A stretch of 61,267 nt of DNA, the filler included, from Platydemus manokwari (taxonomy: Eukaryota): NCBI GenBank assembly GCA_037951405.1. It is 6 parts of 6 records of this genome, joined end to end, with 100 filler letters (N's around TTAATTAATTAA, not from the genome) between each part and the next. Parts side by side here need not be neighbours in the genome. Positions count along the whole stretch, not along the records: positions 51,675 to 61,267 come from JBBMOY011228099.1; 5 more parts are not named here. One strand, given 5' to 3'. This document shows positions 54,270 to 61,267 of this stretch, piece after piece. Numbering within the stretch: the stretch's first letter is position 1; every line of letters starts with the position of its first letter. Below the pieces are notes generated by a model. The model made no database searches and was not told the origin of the DNA. It was given only the letters and a program-made list of their open reading frames with translations. The position numbers and the translations under genes are program-made.

Positions 54270-57071
54270 CCATATATCTTCTATCTTCTATACTATCCAG
54301 TTATTTTCAACCACAAACCATATTGGATTGATATATTCCAACATATTAATCAAATCATTGTTCACATAATTGTTCATCATATTACAAGATTTATTGGCCA
54401 ACATAGATCATGAAACCTGGAGAATATTTAAAATAAATAATAATTAACTGTCAAGATTCTTCTAGCATTTCACATATCACAGACATAGAGCGATTTGGAA
54501 TATCCTTCGATTCTGACTTCTAAAGCTTCATTTCAGAGGTCACAACAATTCAATATAATATAAGAGATAAAAAATTAATGATCCGATATTTTACGATGAA
54601 AATCAACTCTTTTTCTATCAAGCCAATAATCAGGCCAATGTTATCAAGATAAGGATGAAGAATGAATTTCATGTATTGGTTTGATGTGATATTTTATTAA
54701 GTTTCGAATGTAATGCTTAATAGAATAACATTGAAATTTATATACCGTTCAATTCATATCAAGATCCAAATCGTTGATATTTTTAAACTTGGATTATATC
54801 CAAATATTTCTTATCAAATAACACGAATAGAATCACCTAATCTAATATGATGGAAAAGGGAACCGTTAATATTTCAAGAATGATCACACAGATCTAGAGC
54901 TTGATGGAGTTTATCAATTCGAATATCGAAAAAATATCGAAAGAAATAACCACAAAATCCCACTCATCAATGCCTTGAAAAATGAAGTTCTTTGTTAATA
55001 TGAAGAAGAATAAATTTGCATTGATATCATTGGCCATTCCTTATCATTGGACACACCGACTACGTCCGACCAACAAATAACCATTGGCAGAATCATTTCC
55101 TGCTTGGAAATACCTTTCTGCGGGCTCATCATTTTTACATTATTTTTAGATGAAGAGATAATCAATTATTTGTGTAAATTGTAAAATGGTTATATTGGAA
55201 TGAAATTCTCCAATATTACTATATTCTAGTTCTCGTAGAATGACATTTTATTTATCGTATAACTTAGTATCTTACCGCCGGATATTGGTCGAATAGCAAT
55301 GACTTTCCATTAATATATTAACATTAGATTTAGTTGTGACTTTTGGTCTTTTTTTCAATAATCACTGAGGTACCGGATGAGACGGAAAGAAATGATTGCA
55401 TAAATATGATCTGTAATCAGCTATCGAGATGGAATCGTGCCTGTAACGGGCGCTACAAAATTTGTGAAGTGTTGTCATCCCTTTGATGTTTACCGCTATA
55501 GGAACAAACAAAGAAATGGTGTGCAGATGAATGGCAAAATCAGCAGTGAATTTGTTTACAAAATACCGTTTATGTTGTGAACTTAATTAGATGATATTAA
55601 TAATATTGGGAACTTGTCGACGAAGGGGGATATAGGTCAAGGGTTTATTAAGCACATATAGCGGGGTTTCAATCACTGATTTCGAGGTTTATTTCTCCTA
55701 TACATATATCTCATAAATATATCTCGAATTACTTGAAAAAGTCTCCAAATCGAAATCGATCTGACAAAATCGTTCCGTTATCGATATTGTCCGTCAATTG
55801 TGTGACAGAGCTCTGTAATGTGAGATGAATTTTTATCCCATTAACTGGTGGGTTCAATCATCCACCAAACACATAACATCAATGGATTCACCACCAACAC
55901 AAAATTTGTTAGAAAAATTCCCCTTTAAAATTGTTTATTTAAATGTTTTTTCTTGGATAGTTTTCGAATTAATTGTACTGTGTAAGCGAATCCTGTCGAA
56001 AGGAAAACACAACATTGAACATTCATCCCATAATTTATCGGTATACCTTGGCCCATTTATCAAATTGGTTCTTGTAATTGCCAGTTTTTATGATCGCACA
56101 TCTGATAAAATCAATTCAACTATGATTTATCGGTACCATGGCGAGTGCCTTACATTATCGATCAGTTCTTCATGAAAGTGGAAATGTTTCCCTCTTTCAG
56201 AGTTTCTACTTTTTCATTGATCACTTCATGTGAAGACTGAGATGTGAATCAGTGAGTTCAGTAATGATTTTCCGTTTGGAATTTCATATAGTTGTTGCAA
56301 AATCTTGTCAATGCGAAGCAATGCTAAGACCGTCTCGAAACAAAGAAAAAGGCCATTGTGAAGATAAACAACGTAGTCTAATATGCATAGCTAAGAATGA
56401 TAAATCGCTCATCTCAAAAATTCTCATTTGCAGATTCTCAACATGATTTATTTTAAATTTTCATAATAGTTTCATCGCTGTTCAGACTTTTCATGGAATG
56501 GAATCGATTGGATGAATTATCAATATTGTCATGGTTACATTGATCATACTTATACTCAAATCAACCAATAAACTTACGAGCCCTTCAGTCTCCATTATTC
56601 ACAATCTAGATTATTTTGTTTATTGAATTGGCGGTTATTTGGTTATTTGTGACAAAAAATATGCATTTTTATCGACCCTGTACACGGTCATTGTCAATAA
56701 GGTTATTATCGCACATTATTTCAAGTCATTTGGGTTATTGATTCGTTTTTGTTTCGTTATACCGATATTCTGTATGGATTAATTCGGAACTGATAGCAGT
56801 AAACTACTGGACCAACTCAAAAAACACAAACCAACATAGCATCAATTGCCTAAATAGGGTGATTTTATTGTCAGCTCGAAGTCGGGTTAAAAAGTTGCAG
56901 CAAATATTAATCCGGGACCTCAAAAATTGTTCTTATTGTTTATATTTATTCTTACTTCCGGGAGAAAAGTGAGAAATCATTGTAAAGCGAATTTTAACAA
57001 AATATCAATCACGCATTGCTCAGATTTGAGGAATAAATTAATCAATATAGGCTATCATGAATCAGGCTTAC

Positions 57072-57993
57072 CAAATATTTTTTCTTCAAGACCTTGAGAA
57101 GCAGTTCATCGTCAAGTCGCCTTATTTGCCGATAGCATATTCGTTGATTACAACCGCCACTCACGCCATGGCACTTACAATGGATTCTCTGGTTATCGAG
57201 TTGAATCTGTATCATAGCAAAAGTTATCACCAAATCCTTCACTTATTTTACCATGATTCCGGCCTCGTAGTTGTGTCCATTTAGTCTCTGGATCTTTCTC
57301 AGCCTTTTCCTCATCGAAGCCTGTGTCTTGGCTCCGAAATAATTGTAACCCTTTTTGTTTGGAGGTTGTTGTTTTGATTTTTTCCGTCCCATTTTATGGT
57401 ATCCAGTGAATTTTCGAACATAATCAATGCCTACATCGGTATTATCGGGGCAGCCTGCAAACATAAGTTTTTCCTGTGAGATATCTTTGTTTGCATCGGG
57501 CCGGGAAGTACCACAGGTGCAGTGAGTCATTTTGTTTTGAGCACATCTTCGCGATATCTCATATAGAAGTGAGGCACTGCTGAAAGCGTGTAAAACAGCT
57601 TGTTCTTGAGTGCCTATTAGAGAATAAATGTATAATATATTTGAAAAACTGTCGCTTCATACCAGACTCAAGATCTTTTCCTATATAGGGCAACCTTTCG
57701 GCTGATGAGCAATTCCACCGATGATCTTCGAAGGTTTTCATGCAGTAATACACAGCAGCTTTTGAGGCTCGTAAAATGCCGTGCATTGCATAACTGTGTT
57801 GAGCATTCAAGCAGAATTTCGTTTGCCGCTTTTGTAATCCGTGATTTAGATTATTGAATCGACATTCTAATGGGCTGAACCTTTCCATTTCAAGGTTTTC
57901 TGAACGGGAGTATCGGGAAATTCCACTGAAAGTTCGATAAAATTCGGCGATGAAAACATGAAATAAACAATTGAAAATAACACTCACAGCCAT
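57072..57993 (-). CDS. wnt11: Wnt11-like ligand, exons 57993(or 58047)-57663, 57613-57252, 57206-57072; 3' exon(s) not found
   Basis: CMKTFEDHRWNCSSAERLPYIGKDLESG|TQEQAVLHA (WNT11-type RWNCSS..DL..GT.E), CTCG, GCPDN, HNYEAG, CKCHGVSGGC..ICYRQ. Short GT-AG introns are in phase. Confidence 0.9.
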
Positions 57994-60900
57994 CGTATTG
58001 AATAATTTCTCTCGATCAAGACAAAGATCACAATAATATATATCCATAATTTACAAATCCGACAATAGCGGGATAATGAATGAATTGTCTTCGCTGAGAT
58101 AAGCATTGTTTGAACAAATGAGGTAATGATAATCGAGTAATTGTTGGTGGATTATATATGAGGTGATTTCCGATGATCAACCTGCTATCAAGACTAACAT
58201 TAAGGTAAATATCAATTTGAAAATGTGGACAATTTTATTGCAACGGTTAGTGGGGACAAGTGGACCAGCAATCGCGCACAGGTAGAGAACTGCAGCAACA
58301 ACTACTAGCCAGTGAGAGTGAGCGAGAAATTCGCCACAGAAATTTAAACAGAAACTCGCATGAATATTGGTCGAAGCCTGAAAACTAATGACCACGGCTC
58401 GTGTTGGTGTGTGATGCATGATTTATTGCATTCCTTTTATGATAGCTCACACTCGTGTTGCGAGGCAACTCTGTCATGCTAATTTACAGTCTCAGAGGGT
58501 CTAAATCGCATCTGGTTTACTCGTTTCGATAATTTCCATGATCCATTTATCGTTTTCTTGAGGTGTGCCCGAAGCACTTGAGTAAAATGTCATCAAATGT
58601 CATCTATGACCGGACATGGCGTTTTTAGTGTTCCAACAAACTTCTGATATGAATATATGTATGTAAATAATAAAAAATTATATTAACAATTTCTTCTACT
58701 CTCACACAGCCAGATTGTTTCCAAGCATCATAGCTTAAATTATTGTCAGCGCCGCTATTTCATGTTACGATCATGATCAATGCAGCAGCCCTTGATGTGA
58801 GAGTCGTAAAATACCGCTTTTACAAACATCAGAAGATGCCGACAAATCTCTGGGAAACCAGTCGGACCAGCTATATTATGACATTTATACTCGAATCGCA
58901 CAGCCAGCGAGTTATTTAACAACTGTTAATTGCGACTATAAATTTTATGACTGTTCTTTTTAATTATGGAAAGGAAAACATGTCATTGTTGAGTGTTCAC
59001 TTCTATGCTCGGTATCTGTCCGGGAGATAATGTTGAGCATTTTAATTTTCTTCAATTACTGAGCTTGTTTGATGGTGAGGATGTTGGTTGGAAAATAGGC
59101 TATCATTTAGGTTTATTGCGGCTAGATTTATTTGATATTAATCTATGATTTTGTGGGTGTAATAAAACATAGATGGACATCAACTATGAGAAATTATGTG
59201 ATTGAACCATTAAATGAATATTAATAATCAAGCTGAAATCCCACAGCGTAAATTGGTAGTTAATTTGATTAATTATGCCTACACTTGAATATATTATTAG
59301 AAATGGCCAAGCTTGGTTGCACTTAATTTTACAATGAAACCGGCAAATTCGATACAACAATACAATTAAATGACTAAAGTTCTGAATTATTAAAATGATT
59401 ATTTAAAACAAGCAATAATTATACCTAATATTAATATTTAAATAGAATAATTGTTTAAAAATATTGTTTTCATGCCTTTCATTAAGAGTATACATACTTC
59501 ATTGTAATATCCATATCAGACTATAGACTAGATAAGTTCTGTTTTATTTAAAATCATTATGATAGTTGGTTTGGTTTTTTTATTTATTTATAATCCTTAT
59601 CACTATTTATGACAATTTTATACAAGTTTTCAACAATTATTTTGAAAACCTAAACAATGTCTTATCAAATACATTACATTTTAGATTTTACTAAATAGTT
59701 CAACTATCAAATAACATATTATTTTTTACAATAGTTGAATGACATTTTATTGTAAAAATGCTCATTTTAGATTGATAAAACCAAAATTATAAATTTGTTT
59801 AACTAAATACCGGAAACATTAATGTTATTCAAAATATTCTGCCGATTCCGAGATTAAATTTCGTAATCATCACATTGATTAACATATTCTATATTTATCT
59901 TTGGTCTCAATAATAACAATGTTAATCAAATTTAATCAATGTTTAACTCGTGATTTAAAATGAAGATACAAACATTCACAAGAAATTTGATCATGATTAT
60001 GATGGATATTTTCTAGAGCAACACATCGTTATTATGGTTGAAGACTTATGTTATTTTCTAGAATTATTAATAAATTGGATATTTATTTATATCTTATTTT
60101 ATCAGTGAATACAAAACATTATTTGTTAGACAAAGAACTGAGTAATCTTTTCTACTCACGGTACAAAAATTGTGATGAGATTTGATGATTAACAGTACAA
60201 ATGAGCGAAAAATGCGATGTTGTGATCATGTGTGTATGTCGCTCGTAATTGGCTATGACATGTTTTATATTTGAATTTTTTGACAAGATATGAGTTCAAT
60301 TTTGTACTGACAAAATACCAAGAAACTGGTTTATCGAAAAAAATCGTTAAATTTGACACCGCGTAGCTTCGAAAACCATTATATAATGTCAAAAATTTTC
60401 CATTAATTTTCATTTGATAGATTTGTTATTAGTGATATGAAAGAATATTTATAATTAATCTTCTTACTCGCTGTTTTATGTTATTAATATGGTAGTCAAA
60501 TCTAATTGAAGATCTTTGTAAGATGATGAGGTAAAAGTTAACAAAAAAATTAATGTGAACGAAACCATTTTTCCATATATTCTTTATTTAGAATCAGTGA
60601 ATTAGGGATTTTTAAAAACAATTCTCTTGTATATTTTCTAGTAGTTTCCAAATCAAATGATTGATTGTCATCATGGAAAATTGAATTTCGGTATTGGTCT
60701 CAATAATTCAATTTTCCTCATCCGATAGCAATTAACACAATAGTGGGATCAATTTAGGTCAAAATATATTGATATTGTTCCAATTATTTCATCACCTGTT
60801 CTTGTGCACAAAAAGAGCCTTAAAAATTATATTCAAAGTAGGTATAATTACTGTACTCATTGGCCAATTTATTAAAAAAATATAAATCGATATTAAAACA

Positions 60901-61163
60901 AATTGCTACGACATATTTTATTTAATCATAATATCATACTTCGGTATAAATCTCTGCATAATTATAATAATCAAAATAACAATTTCACATGAAAATTTAC
61001 CATCTAGATGAACTACGAGTCAATCAATTTGGACGTTAATATTACTTAAGAATAGTAATATCGAATTTTTGTGATTTCGAGCCCTTTATCTACATTACGC
61101 CATGTTTCCTCTTATTATTAAGTAGATTAACTGAAGTTAAATATATTATACCCACTGAATGAC

Positions 61164-61206
<43 letters not shown>
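61164..61206. repeat. (TA)n(TG)n compound microsatellite
   Basis: Direct reading. Confidence 0.9.
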
Positions 61207-61267
61207 TATAAAATAATCCTTACCCAATTCTATTGTAAATTGCATACCAAATAACTACATCGTCGAA

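Overview
Very AT-rich eukaryotic DNA with ~42-55 bp introns. This composition and a divergent Wnt11 suggest a planarian flatworm (inference, not proven). The window is not contiguous: five identical 100-bp spacers (N44-TTAATTAATTAA-N44) join six contigs, so adjacency across them is not biological. Contig 1 (1-9364) holds a decayed minus-strand LTR retroelement. In order it has a putative 5' LTR with TATA box, four tandem PBS-like sites, a Ty3/gypsy-type capsid, a tandem array of about five ubiquitin/SUMO-like domains, a charged linker and a chuvirus-type (class III) fusion glycoprotein. No protease, RT or integrase is visible between gag and env. A second, diverged copy of the linker-plus-glycoprotein block lies in contig 4, split by an R2/NeSL-like LINE fragment. 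Host genes are a complete ANP32 gene, a Nav1-type sodium channel (DI-S3 to the DIII pore), three exons of a Wnt11-like gene, one SAM-methyltransferase exon and a 3-exon fragment of an unknown gene. Several MITEs are present (hAT, piggyBac and two unclassified families). All protein assignments come from manual translation and motif recognition; no searches were run.
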